Part shown: in pieces, positions 44,545 through 54,810 of the stretch
Layout: each line of letters begins with the position of its first letter
How positions within the stretch are numbered: position 1 is the first letter of the stretch
From: Lachnospiraceae bacterium
Lineage (GTDB): Bacteria > Bacillota > Clostridia > Lachnospirales > Lachnospiraceae
Assembly (NCBI GenBank): GCA_015057325.1
Contig: SVEQ01000001.1
Span: 318,837 to 382,836, forward strand
Direction of reading: 5' to 3'
Length of the DNA: 64,000 nucleotides
The notes under the pieces: generated by a model
The model's database searches: none
Seen by the model: only the letters and a program-made list of their open reading frames with translations
Told to the model about the DNA's origin: nothing
Made by a program: the position numbers and the translations under genes

Positions 44545-46416
44545 GTGAAAGACGGATTCGATTTAAAAGAAGAACTTAAAAAATTACCTGATCGTCCGGG
44601 TGTGTATATAATGCATGCGGCGGATGATGAGATAATATATGTGGGTAAGGCTATCAATCTGAAAAGAAGAGTTAGCTCTTATTTTCGTGCCAAGGTTAAC
44701 CGTGGACCTAAGATTGACAAAATGATATCGCTGATAGATTATTTTGAATATATAGTTACGGATTCAGAGCTGGAGGCACTTGTTCTTGAGAACACTCTTA
44801 TCAAGGAGCATAGTCCAAAGTACAATACGATGCTTAAGGATGATAAGAGTTATCCGTTCATGAAGGTGACGGTTGGAGAGGATTTCCCGCGCGTCTTGTT
44901 TGCGAGGCACATGAAGCGTGACGGAGCAAAATATTTTGGACCGTATACAAGCGGCGGAGCGGTTAAGGATACGATAGAGCTGCTTAAAAAGCTCTACGGA
45001 ATACGAACCTGCAACAAGTCTTTACCTAAGGATATCGGAGTTGGGAGACCTTGCCTTTATTATCAGATGGGACAATGTGCGGCTCCTTGTCAAGGGTATA
45101 TCAGCAAGGAAGAATATGCGAAAAAGATTGATAATCTTCTCGGTTTTTTAAATGGTGACTACAAGAAAGTAATACGTGACCTTGAGTCCAAAATGAAAGA
45201 GAAGGCTGCGGCTTACGAGTTTGAGGAAGCGGCAACCTATCGTGATCTAATTGAAAGTGTCCGTCATGTTACGGGCTCGCAGCGTGTGGTTAAGACCGAA
45301 GGAATAGACAGAGACATAATTGCTATGGCACGTAAGGGCGAAGAGATAGTTGTTTCCGTATTTTTTGTGCGTGATGGAAAACTATTAGGACGCGAACATT
45401 TCCACATGGAATATCGTGAAGATATAACGATAAATGACGAGAATAATACGCTTATAAAAGAGATGGAAGAAGAAACGATAGGCTCATGGATAATGGGAAC
45501 ATTTATCAAGCAGTACTATAACGGAACTCCTTTTGTTCCAAACGAACTGCTTGTGGAATATCCCGTCGAAGAGCAGGAGCTTCTTGAGGATTGGTTGTCA
45601 AAGCTTCGCGGTGGACGAGTTCATATAATAATTCCGCAAAAGGGTGAAAAGCACAAGATGATAGACTTGGCACGAGAAAACGCTGCGGTTGTACTGTCTC
45701 GTGATTTGGAAAAAATCAAACGTGAGGAAGCACGCACAGTTGGCGCTGCCAATGAATTAGCGAATATGCTTGGACTGCCTTCTGCTAATAGGCTGGAAGC
45801 ATTTGACATATCGAATACTGGTGGATATCAGTCGGTTGCTTCGATGGTTGTTTTTGAGAAGGGAAGAGCAAGAAAGAACGCTTACCGAAAGTTCAAACTT
45901 CGTACTGTAACCGGTCCTGATGACTACAAGAGCATGGAAGAGGTGCTAACGAGACGTTTCACTGATGAACGTTTTGATGTTATGCCGGACATTTTGATGA
46001 TGGACGGTGGACGAGGACAGGTAAATGTTGCCCTTAAGGTGCTTGATGGTCTGGGTCTTAATATTCCGGTTTGTGGTATGGTTAAGGATGATAATCATAG
46101 AACGAGAGGATTGTATTTTAACAATCAAGAGATTAACTTTCCAAAGAACAGTGAGGTCTTTGGAATGATTACAAGACTTCAGGATGAGGCACACAGATTT
46201 GCAATCACCTATCACAAGAGTCTGCGTGGCAAAGAGCAGGTTCACAGTATTTTAGATGATATTAAGGGTGTGGGACCTGCAAAACGAAAGGCGCTCATGC
46301 AACATTTTAAAGAGATAGATAAGATAAGAAACGCATCTGTGGATGAACTTACCGAAGTAAAGGGAATTACAAAAACGCTTGCGAAAGAAATCTATGATTT
46401 CTTTCACGAAGCATAA
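44545..46416 (+). CDS. uvrC: Excinuclease ABC subunit C
   Basis: GIY-YIG (PGVYIMH...IIYVGKA), UVR domain ([11 protein letters not shown]), C-terminal (HhH)2 ([13 protein letters not shown]). GTG start. Confidence 0.95.
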   Translation: MKDGFDLKEELKKLPDRPGVYIMHAADDEIIYVGKAINLKRRVSSYFRAKVNRGPKIDKMISLIDYFEYIVTDSELEALVLENTLIKEHSPKYNTMLKDDKSYPFMKVTVGEDFPRVLFARHMKRDGAKYFGPYTSGGAVKDTIELLKKLYGIRTCNKSLPKDIGVGRPCLYYQMGQCAAPCQGYISKEEYAKKIDNLLGFLNGDYKKVIRDLESKMKEKAAAYEFEEAATYRDLIESVRHVTGSQRVVKTEGIDRDIIAMARKGEEIVVSVFFVRDGKLLGREHFHMEYREDITINDENNTLIKEMEEETIGSWIMGTFIKQYYNGTPFVPNELLVEYPVEEQELLEDWLSKLRGGRVHIIIPQKGEKHKMIDLARENAAVVLSRDLEKIKREEARTVGAANELANMLGLPSANRLEAFDISNTGGYQSVASMVVFEKGRARKNAYRKFKLRTVTGPDDYKSMEEVLTRRFTDERFDVMPDILMMDGGRGQVNVALKVLDGLGLNIPVCGMVKDDNHRTRGLYFNNQEINFPKNSEVFGMITRLQDEAHRFAITYHKSLRGKEQVHSILDDIKGVGPAKRKALMQHFKEIDKIRNASVDELTEVKGITKTLAKEIYDFFHEA

Positions 46417-46422
46417 ATGACG

Positions 46423-46467
46423 GATTACAGCAGGTCTTTGTTGACACCGCTGTAATCTGTTTTTTTA
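46423..46467 (+). terminator. Rho-independent terminator after uvrC
   Basis: GATTACAGC / GCTGTAATC stem with a 17-nt loop, then TGTTTTTTT. Confidence 0.55.
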
Positions 46468-46757
46468 TTGAGAAGTTCTTCGTATATATCGTAGGTTGAT
46501 TTGCTGTAATCGACAGGCTTTTCGTGTAAAATGATTTCTTCACGAACGCCTTGTCCGGAACCCTTGATGCTGGTCTTGTGGTCGGGAGTATATGTATCTT
46601 TGTTTTTCTTTGTTATCGACACGATGAAGATAAATAAAAGCACGAGAAACAAAGGTGGAAAGATGCATGCTGCAATAATAAGAATGATAAGCCCAACATT
46701 AGAACTTTGAGGGGTGCCTTTTGTCGTATTTGATACTTGACCGAATTTATTTTCCAT
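46425..46757 (-). CDS. Hypothetical small membrane protein (single TM)
   Basis: GGAGG RBS 9 nt before ATG 46757. TM segment GLIILIIAACIFPPLFLVLLFIFIV. No recognisable family. Confidence 0.45.
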   Translation of the reverse strand: MENKFGQVSNTTKGTPQSSNVGLIILIIAACIFPPLFLVLLFIFIVSITKKNKDTYTPDHKTSIKGSGQGVREEIILHEKPVDYSKSTYDIYEELLNKKTDYSGVNKDLL

Positions 46758-46912
46758 ACATTTATTCCTCCTACCCAATAATATCAGTTTTATTAAGTAT
46801 ACTTAATCCATACAGAAATATCAATCGTGATTGTCATTTTACCTGCACTATTATATAATTATGATAATGTGAGCAAAGCCTCATAATAATAAATGTTACG
46901 GGAGGGGACACT

Positions 46913-47848
46913 ATGAATCCGGTTAATGAAAATGCTACTAAGGAAGCAAGAAATCTGCTTGATTATTTGTATGAGGTTGCGGGAAAAGGAATAATAACCG
47001 GACAGCATACACAGACAAAGCCGTGTGAAGAGATTGAGTATATCAAAAATGTTACCGGCAAAGAACCGAAACTTCGCGGTTTCGAGTTGCTTGGTTATTC
47101 ACCTAATATCAATTACGACAATGCGTCAGAAGCTTGTCTTACGGAAGTATATGAGAATCAGGGTACGCTTGATACTGCATACGATTGGGCACTTTCATGT
47201 GACGGTATAGTTACCTTTTCTTTCCATTGGTATTCACCGCTTGGTGGAGAGGACAAGAGTTTCTATGCGGAACATACAGATTTTGATGCATCACAGGTAC
47301 TTATTGAGGGCAGCTATGAGAGGGAAGCATTTTATCATGATATGGATGTGATTGCACAAGAACTTGAAAGATTTAAAGAAGCAGGTATTCCTATTCTTTG
47401 GAGACCGTTCCATGAGTCTGACGGAACGTGGTTTTGGTGGGGAGCAAAAGGTCCGGAAGTTGCAAGAGACCTTTATAAATTGATGTTTGATTACTATGTG
47501 CATGAGAAGCATTTGGATAACCTTTTGTGGGTATGGAACTGCCGACTCAAAGAAGGATACCCGGGCGATGAATATGTGGATGTGATTTCTGTTGATATAT
47601 ATCTTGAGAAATATAAGGATACGGATTACAAGGAAGATTACGATAAGCTAATTGAGCAGACAACAGCCAACAAGGTTGCCGCACTTGCGGAAATCGGTTA
47701 TCTTCCTGATATCAAAACACTTGAAGATTCAAAAGTACCTTGGGCATATTATATGTGCTGGTCTAAGGAGTTTTGTATCGGAGAGCAGTATAACAAAGAG
47801 ACCAAGCTTAAAGAAATGTATGACAGCGACTACGCTATAACCCTGTAA
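46913..47848 (+). CDS. GH26 beta-mannanase-family glycoside hydrolase, no signal peptide
   Basis: ITGQHTQ, WRPFHESDGTWFWWG (acid/base Glu context), ALAEIGY (nucleophile Glu context). Confidence 0.75.
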   Translation: MNPVNENATKEARNLLDYLYEVAGKGIITGQHTQTKPCEEIEYIKNVTGKEPKLRGFELLGYSPNINYDNASEACLTEVYENQGTLDTAYDWALSCDGIVTFSFHWYSPLGGEDKSFYAEHTDFDASQVLIEGSYEREAFYHDMDVIAQELERFKEAGIPILWRPFHESDGTWFWWGAKGPEVARDLYKLMFDYYVHEKHLDNLLWVWNCRLKEGYPGDEYVDVISVDIYLEKYKDTDYKEDYDKLIEQTTANKVAALAEIGYLPDIKTLEDSKVPWAYYMCWSKEFCIGEQYNKETKLKEMYDSDYAITL

Positions 47849-47880
47849 AGTATATACACTGAAGAATACGGAGGAGCATC

Positions 47881-48906
47881 ATGAAAATGAAGAAACAACT
47901 AACAGCCTTATGTATGGCGGTTATGCTTATAATCGGACTTATGAGCTTTGGATTGGTTGTTCAGGCCAAGGTCAAACTCAATAAGAAAAGCGTTACGTTA
48001 ACGGTTGGAAAGACTGTAACCCTTAAGGTTACCGGAACCAAGAAGAAAGTTAAATGGTCCTCTGATAAGAAACGTGTAGCTACAGTATCTTCTAAGGGTA
48101 AAGTAAAAGCACATAATCCCGGTAAAGCTACAATCACTGCCAAAGTCGGCAAGAAGAAATATAAGTGCAAATTAACTGCGGTTAAAAATCAGGCAAGTGC
48201 GACTACAGAAAATGGTAATGAACAGCAGACCACACAGGAAAAAATCACCGAGACAAAAACGCCGGGAGATGAAACAGCAAAGGTTAACGCCGGCGAGTAT
48301 TCAATCAATAATATTCACAGTGGTGATGCAACATTTTATACACCGACCGCAGGTGGAGCAGCTAATCTTGATGATTTTGCAACGAATTATTACACCGCTG
48401 CAATGAACAACTATGATTATATGAATGGACTTGCAGGTGCATACATAGAGATAACCGACAAGGACGGGGATAAGATAAATGTTCTTATAACCGACAGACT
48501 TCCGGAGGGTGCCAAGGGTGATATCGATTTGAAACCGGACGCATTTGCTGCAATTGAACCGCAGGTTACGGGACGAATGAAGATAACCTGGAGGATAATT
48601 CCGCTTCCGACCAATGATCCGATTCAGTATGTATTTAAGCCTACAAGCACTCAATATTGGGCAGAGGTACAAGTGAGAAATCACAGATACCCGATTGCAA
48701 AACTTGAATATTTAAATGCTTCGGGACAGTATGTTGAACTTCCACGTCAGGAGTACAATTATTTTACCGCAGCAAGTGGATTGGGAAGCATAGGACCTTA
48801 TACATTCCGTGTCACTGACATTTACGGACACCAGTTGGTAGATAGCGGAATATCTATTAATACAACTTCAACACCGATTAACGGAGCTGCTAATTTTCCA
48901 TACTAA
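47881..48906 (+). CDS. Secreted Big_2-domain protein fused to a bacterial expansin (EXLX1/YoaJ-like D1 DPBB + D2 CBM63)
   Basis: Signal peptide. Ig-like KKSVTLTVGKTVTLKVTG...ATVSSKGKVKAHNPGKATITA. Expansin GDATFYTP, VLITDRLPEGAKGDIDLKPDAF, MKITWRIIP, WAEVQVRNHRYPIAKLEY (compare B. subtilis EXLX1 VTDLYPEGARGALDLSPNAF, IQVRNHKYPVMKMEY). Confidence 0.8.
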   Translation: MKMKKQLTALCMAVMLIIGLMSFGLVVQAKVKLNKKSVTLTVGKTVTLKVTGTKKKVKWSSDKKRVATVSSKGKVKAHNPGKATITAKVGKKKYKCKLTAVKNQASATTENGNEQQTTQEKITETKTPGDETAKVNAGEYSINNIHSGDATFYTPTAGGAANLDDFATNYYTAAMNNYDYMNGLAGAYIEITDKDGDKINVLITDRLPEGAKGDIDLKPDAFAAIEPQVTGRMKITWRIIPLPTNDPIQYVFKPTSTQYWAEVQVRNHRYPIAKLEYLNASGQYVELPRQEYNYFTAASGLGSIGPYTFRVTDIYGHQLVDSGISINTTSTPINGAANFPY

Positions 48907-48936
48907 ACTGGGGAAGAAACATAACGGGGGATTGTC

Positions 48937-49407
48937 ATGAACATCACATACAGTAAGGCTTCAATTGAAGATATTAAACAGTTAACACGTTTCCGTATCG
49001 ATTATCTTGAGGCGGATATTGGTGGAATTAAGGAAGAGGAACGCGATATCATAGAGGAGAGGCTTCCGATATATTACCGTGAGCACATGGGTAAGGACTT
49101 CTTTGTCTACATGGCCCACGACGGGGAAGAACCTGTCGGATGTTGCTTTTTACTTGTAACGGAAAAACCGTCTAATCCAAACTTTATTAACGGACGTACT
49201 GGCACCGTGTTAAATGTATATGTTAAGCCAAACTATCGAAGATGCGGCATTGCAAAGCAGCTTATGAATAATCTTTTAGAGGATGCAAAACTTAAGAATC
49301 TTGACTATGTGGAACTCAAGTCTACAGAGGATGGACATAAGCTATATCGTAATCTTGGCTTTAAGGACGAACAGTCGGAGTACTATAGAATGAAGATTGA
49401 ATTGTAG
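48937..49407 (+). CDS. GNAT family N-acetyltransferase
   Basis: VYVKPNYRRCGIAKQLM (R/QxxGxA motif). 156 aa. Confidence 0.75.
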   Translation: MNITYSKASIEDIKQLTRFRIDYLEADIGGIKEEERDIIEERLPIYYREHMGKDFFVYMAHDGEEPVGCCFLLVTEKPSNPNFINGRTGTVLNVYVKPNYRRCGIAKQLMNNLLEDAKLKNLDYVELKSTEDGHKLYRNLGFKDEQSEYYRMKIEL

Positions 49408-49418
49408 GAGGAATGCAA

Positions 49419-50612
49419 ATGATACTTGATTGTCCTGCCTGTGGGGCGGCACTTGTTTATGATCCTGTTACAGGCAAAATGATGTGTGAAAGCTGCGGTA
49501 ACCTGTATGAAACATATGAGCTTTCAGAGGATTATGAAAAGCGAGGTCAAAAAGAAACAGAATACGGCGGTGATGCAAAAAAGGTTCTGTCGGAAGACGG
49601 AGATACAATGGAGGTCAACATTTATTCTTGTACGGCGTGCGGCGCTGAGATAATGGTCAATGATGTTGAGGTGTCCACTTTCTGTTCATACTGCGGACAG
49701 CCAGCCCTTGTGTTTTCCAGATTAGAAAGTGCAAGGAGACCACGTTACATTCTGCCGTTTAAGGTGACAAAAGCGCAGGCTATCTCTATCATAAAAGACA
49801 ATTTTGCTGATGGCTTTTTTGTACCTGATGATATCAAGAATGTTGAGATGAAAAGAGTAAGGGGAATATACATACCGTATTTTCTGTATGACATTCATTA
49901 TGAGGATACGGCATATCTTCTTGGAACTGTCGGAACTGCCCAAAACTCAAAAGCAATTTGTTATTACAGAAAAGCGGAATGTGATTTTGATAAGCTTGCA
50001 TTTGATGCATCAGTAAGGCTTGATGATACGCTTTCAAGGAAATTAAATCCGTTCTACCCGGGGTATCTTAAAAAGTTTTCGCCGGAGTATCTTTCGGGTT
50101 TTTACGCTGATTTTCATGATGCCAATGAAGATAAAATAAGAGCGCGTGCTGTTGTCAGAGCAAAGAGTGTATTTGAAAATGAACTAAAAAGATGTGTTGT
50201 GGCTAATAATGTCAAAATCCTTAAAAACGATCCAAAGTTTGAGATAACAGGAATACATTATGCTCTTTATCCTGCGTGGTTTGCAACGTTTGTTAACGAT
50301 GGAAAACCATATACTTTAATAATAAACGGGCAGACGGAAAAACTTGTCGGAAGTGTTCCGTATAACAGGGAAAAAGTGAAAAAAACCATTCTTATTCTTT
50401 GGCTGCTTCTTACAATAATTCTATGGTGCATTTTATATCCGTGGTTTTTGTTTTTGAAGAATCCTATAAGTATTCATTATTTGACGGGTCTTATTATGAT
50501 GGCTCCGGGAATCAGGTTTGGATTTAAAAACTTCGATGATATTAAGAAGAATACCAAGCTTACGGCTCTTAAACAGACAGACCGATACGTTAAGGAAAGA
50601 CAGGAGGGGTAG
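49419..50612 (+). CDS. Hypothetical double zinc-ribbon protein with C-terminal TM helices
   Basis: CPACGA...CESCGN and CTACGA...CSYCGQ pairs. C-terminal ILILWLLLTIILWCILYPWFLFL. Confidence 0.5.
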   Translation: MILDCPACGAALVYDPVTGKMMCESCGNLYETYELSEDYEKRGQKETEYGGDAKKVLSEDGDTMEVNIYSCTACGAEIMVNDVEVSTFCSYCGQPALVFSRLESARRPRYILPFKVTKAQAISIIKDNFADGFFVPDDIKNVEMKRVRGIYIPYFLYDIHYEDTAYLLGTVGTAQNSKAICYYRKAECDFDKLAFDASVRLDDTLSRKLNPFYPGYLKKFSPEYLSGFYADFHDANEDKIRARAVVRAKSVFENELKRCVVANNVKILKNDPKFEITGIHYALYPAWFATFVNDGKPYTLIINGQTEKLVGSVPYNREKVKKTILILWLLLTIILWCILYPWFLFLKNPISIHYLTGLIMMAPGIRFGFKNFDDIKKNTKLTALKQTDRYVKERQEG

Positions 50613-50614
50613 CT

Positions 50615-50845
50615 ATGGAGCTTGTAATAGTAACTATTATATTGAGCGCGGGAATAGCGTTTTCATTAAGTATATGGATAGTGTCGTCATATCTTAAGAA
50701 GTCCAACGACTACGGTGATGATTTTGGAGAAATGTTTGATGTTGTTCTATCGTCCATGAAGATTACAGAACAGGATGAGGGACCTAATCTTTCGACGGTG
50801 GAGCGCAGGTGGAAAAAACGCTCTGATAAGAATAAGTTGCAATGA
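50615..50845 (+). CDS. Hypothetical small membrane protein
   Basis: 76-aa ORF starting 2 nt after the previous stop. N-terminal TM VIVTIILSAGIAFSLSIWIV. Confidence 0.35.
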   Translation: MELVIVTIILSAGIAFSLSIWIVSSYLKKSNDYGDDFGEMFDVVLSSMKITEQDEGPNLSTVERRWKKRSDKNKLQ

Positions 50846-50947
50846 CGATATGTTGTGCTTCTTGGATTTATGATGTATAATTGTCAAAGACGTTTTTTGA
50901 GGTGGCAACGCCCCAAAAACATAGTAACAATGTAGAAAGGAGACGAT

Positions 50948-51871
50948 ATGTACTCGATAACACTAACGCAGTTAATAGAGAAAATGAACCTCGTCAATCA
51001 TCTTCCCGAGATTAATACTGACGAGATTTTAATAACAGATCCTGACATCAACAGACCGGCGGTGCAGTTGTCCGGTTTCTTTGAACATTTTGATGAAAAC
51101 AGGATTCAGATATGCGGTAATGTTGAACATGCTTATATTGCAAGCATGGACGACAAAAAGAAGCGCGAGGAGATATTTGATAAGTTGTTTCAGCACAACT
51201 TCCCGTGCCTTGTGTTCTGCCGTGGATTAGAGCCTCAGGATTTTATTATTGAGGCGGGAAGGAAATACGGTATTCCTGTTCTTACGACGGAGGCAACGAC
51301 GTCTGCATTTGTTCACGAGACTGTTAGATGGCTTCATGTAGAACTTGCACCGAGAATCTCGATTCATGCGGTGCTTGTAGATGTGTATGGTGTCGGTGTT
51401 CTTATTACGGGTGAAAGCGGAATCGGTAAGTCGGAGGCTGCTCTTGAACTTATCAAGCGTGGACATCGTCTTGTTTCGGATGATGTGGTAGAGATTAAGA
51501 AAGTGTCTGATGATACGCTTGTCGGTACCTCGCCAGAGATAACAAGACATTTCATCGAACTTAGAGGTATAGGTATCATTGATGTTAAGGCGCTTTTCGG
51601 TTTTGAGTGTGTTAAAATGACTCAGAGTATAGACCTTGTAATCAATCTCGAAGAGTGGGACAAAGAAGCCAACTATGATAGAATGGGACTAGAGGACCAT
51701 TATACAGAGTACCTTGGTAATCAGGTGGTAACGTACAACATCCCGATTAGACCGGGTCGAAATCTTGCGATTATTGTTGAATCGGCAGCTGTCAACCATC
51801 GTCAGAAAGAGATGGGCTACAATGCAGCGCAGGAGATATACAACAGAGTGACGCAGAATATGAAGAAATAA
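50948..51871 (+). CDS. hprK: HPr kinase/phosphorylase
   Basis: P-loop GESGIGKSEAALELIKRGHRLVSDD, ELRGIGIIDV. 307 aa. Confidence 0.95.
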   Translation: MYSITLTQLIEKMNLVNHLPEINTDEILITDPDINRPAVQLSGFFEHFDENRIQICGNVEHAYIASMDDKKKREEIFDKLFQHNFPCLVFCRGLEPQDFIIEAGRKYGIPVLTTEATTSAFVHETVRWLHVELAPRISIHAVLVDVYGVGVLITGESGIGKSEAALELIKRGHRLVSDDVVEIKKVSDDTLVGTSPEITRHFIELRGIGIIDVKALFGFECVKMTQSIDLVINLEEWDKEANYDRMGLEDHYTEYLGNQVVTYNIPIRPGRNLAIIVESAAVNHRQKEMGYNAAQEIYNRVTQNMKK

Positions 51872-51893
51872 AATATAAGTAAGGAGAATCAAA

Positions 51894-52835
51894 ATGAGCA
51901 AATACGTATTTGGAGTAGATATCGGAGGAACTACAGTAAAACTTGGATTTTTCACAGAGGAAGGCGAACTTCTTGATAAGTGGGAAATCCCTACAAGAAA
52001 GGACGAAGGCGGCAAGTATATTCTTCCTGATGTAGCTTCTGCGATTAATGCCAAAATAGAAGAAAAAGGAATATCCAAAGAAGATGTAATCGGTGCCGGT
52101 ATCGGCGTTCCCGGTCCTGTAAGAGATGACGGAACAGTGCTTAGATGCGTTAATCTCGGTTGGGGCGTATTCAATGTTGAGACAGAGTTTGAGAACCTGA
52201 CAGGTTTTTCTTGCAAGGTTGGTAATGATGCAAACATGGCATCTCTCGGTGAGATGTGGATGGGAGGCGGTAAGGGCTTCTCTTCAATCGTTATGGTAAC
52301 GCTTGGAACCGGTGTTGGTGGAGGAATCATAATCAACGGAAAGATGCTTTACGGAATTAACGGTGCAGGCGGCGAGATAGGACACATTTGTGTAAATGAT
52401 TCTGAGACGGAAGTCTGCGGCTGCGGTAAGAAGGGATGCCTTGAGCAGTACACTTCAGCAACAGGTATAACAAGAATGGCAGAGCGTGCTCTCAACAATA
52501 CAGATCGAGCTTCTAAGCTTAGAAATGTTCAGTATATTTCTGCAAAGGAAATATTTGATGCAGCAAAAGAAGGTGACGACCTTGCGCTTGAACTTGTTGA
52601 AGATCACGGTAAAACTTTGGGTAAGGCACTTGCAACAGTTGCCTGTGTTTGTGACCCTGAAGCATTTGTTATCGGTGGTGGAGTTTCAAGAGCCGGAGAT
52701 ATTTTGCTTGATACAACTGCAAAGTACTATCAGCAGTATGTATTCCATGCATGTAAGAACACAAAGTTTGTTTTAGCTACTTTGGGCAACGACGCAGGTA
52801 TTTACGGTTGTGCCGAAGCTATTTTAACCAAATAG
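51894..52835 (+). CDS. glcK: ROK-family glucokinase
   Basis: FGVDIGGTTVKLG, GEIGH, zinc motif CGCGKKGCLE. Confidence 0.85.
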   Translation: MSKYVFGVDIGGTTVKLGFFTEEGELLDKWEIPTRKDEGGKYILPDVASAINAKIEEKGISKEDVIGAGIGVPGPVRDDGTVLRCVNLGWGVFNVETEFENLTGFSCKVGNDANMASLGEMWMGGGKGFSSIVMVTLGTGVGGGIIINGKMLYGINGAGGEIGHICVNDSETEVCGCGKKGCLEQYTSATGITRMAERALNNTDRASKLRNVQYISAKEIFDAAKEGDDLALELVEDHGKTLGKALATVACVCDPEAFVIGGGVSRAGDILLDTTAKYYQQYVFHACKNTKFVLATLGNDAGIYGCAEAILTK

Positions 52836-52863
52836 TATAATTACATTGTTCAAAAAGACGAAA

Positions 52864-52888
52864 GGGGAGAGTTTCTCCCCTTTTTTTT
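52864..52888 (+). terminator. Rho-independent terminator after glcK
   Basis: GGGGAGA-GTT-TCTCCCC followed by TTTTTTTT. Confidence 0.75.
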
Positions 52889-53010
52889 CGTGACTTCTTA
52901 TATTGATTTTACGGTAAACGATAGAATATAATTATCTATGCGTCCGACGACAGGCATAATTTGGACGTGTGGAATCATTTATTATAAAAAAGGATAATGG
53001 TTGGTCACGC

Positions 53011-53919
53011 ATGAATCAGAATTTATTGAATGAATTATATAGAATTGTCGGAGAAGACAATGTCAAACTTCAGGAACCGATGGCTATGCATACTACTTTT
53101 CGTATCGGTGGTCCGGCACAGTATTTTGTGATGCCGATGGATACGGAGGAATTGTCTCAGGTAGTTTTGCTTTGTAAAGCAGAGAAGGTTCCGTTTTTTG
53201 TGTTGGGACACGGAAGCAATATTCTTGTAAGTGACAAGGGTATGTCCGGTGTGGTTATCAGACTTTACACAAACTATGCAGGTTATTCCGTTAAGGGCAA
53301 TATGGTCAGTGCCAAGGCGGGAATTATGCTTAATAAGTTAGGTGCATCACTTCTTGAGGAGGGACTTACCGGATTTGAGTTTGCAGCGGGAATCCCGGGA
53401 ACTTTGGGTGGTGCTATCGTTATGAATGCAGGTGCTTACGGTGGCGAAATGAAAGATATCGTCAAGAGCGTTTCTTTAATGGATGAAAACGGCAACATTT
53501 TCAAGAAATCGTGTGAAGAGATGGAGTTTGCTTATCGTCACAGTATTGTGCAGGATAAGGGATACATCGTGCTTGGTGCCGATCTTATGTTAAAAGAGGG
53601 CAACAAGGAAGAGATAAAAGCGAAGATGGATGAATTGGCACTTGCCAGAAAGACAAAGCAGCCGCTTGAGTTTCCAAGTGCGGGTTCAACATTTAAGAGA
53701 CCGGAAGGATATTTTGCAGGCAAGCTTATAATGGATGCCGGCCTTGCGGGCTATACGGTTGGTGGAGCACAGGTTTCCGAGAAACACTGTGGTTTTGTGA
53801 TTAACAAAGGTGGTGCTACGGCGCAGGACGTCGTAACGCTTATGGATGACGTGAAACGAATTGTACAGGATAAGTTTTCGGTTGAACTTGAGCCTGAGGT
53901 TAAAGTTATCGGAGACTAA
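53011..53919 (+). CDS. murB: UDP-N-acetylenolpyruvoylglucosamine reductase
   Basis: MAMHTTFRIGGPAQYF, GHGSNILVSD, GIPGTLGGAIVMNAGAYGGE, PSAGSTFKRP. Confidence 0.95.
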   Translation: MNQNLLNELYRIVGEDNVKLQEPMAMHTTFRIGGPAQYFVMPMDTEELSQVVLLCKAEKVPFFVLGHGSNILVSDKGMSGVVIRLYTNYAGYSVKGNMVSAKAGIMLNKLGASLLEEGLTGFEFAAGIPGTLGGAIVMNAGAYGGEMKDIVKSVSLMDENGNIFKKSCEEMEFAYRHSIVQDKGYIVLGADLMLKEGNKEEIKAKMDELALARKTKQPLEFPSAGSTFKRPEGYFAGKLIMDAGLAGYTVGGAQVSEKHCGFVINKGGATAQDVVTLMDDVKRIVQDKFSVELEPEVKVIGD

Positions 53920-53932
53920 TGGGGAGCAGATT

Positions 53933-54808
53933 ATGAGGTTTGTTATCGTTACGGGCATGAGCGGTGCCGGAAAAAGTACAACGCTTAACACATTAGAAGA
54001 TATCGGTTATTTCTGCGTGGATAATCTTCCGATTCAGTTGATTAAGAATTTTGCAGAGATTGCCTATGCAAAGGACAACGACATAGATAACGTGGCTATA
54101 GGTGTGGATATCCGAAGCGGAGTATATCTTGAACAGTTATCGGAATGTCTTGCCGAACTCAAGAGCGAGAACTACGATTATGAGATACTCTTCCTGGATT
54201 CTAACGATGACGTACTTATCAAAAGATACAAAGAAACAAGACGTAACCATCCGCTTGCAAGAGACGGACGGATTGAGGAAGGAATCAAAAGTGAGAGAAG
54301 CAGAATCGCGTTCCTTAGAAAAGAAGCAGACTATATTATAGATACAACAAGCCTGCTTACAAGAGAGTTAAAGGCAGAGCTTGCAAAGATATTTGTAGAG
54401 AATACAGAGTATGCCAACTTCATAGTAAGCGTGGTATCGTTCGGATTCAAATATGGAATACCGCGTGATGCGGACCTTGTATTAGATGTCAGATTTTTGC
54501 CTAATCCATATTATGATTTGGATCTTCGCCCATTTACCGGCAACGACGAACCGATAAGAGATTTCGTTATGCAGTTTGATGTGGCAAAAGAGTTCCTTAA
54601 TAAGACCGTTGATTTGTTGGAGTTTTTGATTCCCAACTATATCAAAGAAGGGAAAAATGGTCTTGTTATAGCAGTGGGGTGTACCGGTGGTAAGCACAGA
54701 TCGGTAACACTTGCCAATGGAATATACAAGGAGTTGGAATCGACACCTTACAGCATAAGAGTTGAACACAGAGATATAGAAAAGGATGCAGTCAGAAAGG
54801 GAAAGTGA
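53933..54808 (+). CDS. rapZ: RNase adapter / nucleotide-binding protein RapZ (YvcJ)
   Basis: VTGMSGAGKST, DVRFLPNPYY, GCTGGKHRSV. Confidence 0.9.
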   Translation: MRFVIVTGMSGAGKSTTLNTLEDIGYFCVDNLPIQLIKNFAEIAYAKDNDIDNVAIGVDIRSGVYLEQLSECLAELKSENYDYEILFLDSNDDVLIKRYKETRRNHPLARDGRIEEGIKSERSRIAFLRKEADYIIDTTSLLTRELKAELAKIFVENTEYANFIVSVVSFGFKYGIPRDADLVLDVRFLPNPYYDLDLRPFTGNDEPIRDFVMQFDVAKEFLNKTVDLLEFLIPNYIKEGKNGLVIAVGCTGGKHRSVTLANGIYKELESTPYSIRVEHRDIEKDAVRKGK

Positions 54809-54810
54809 TT

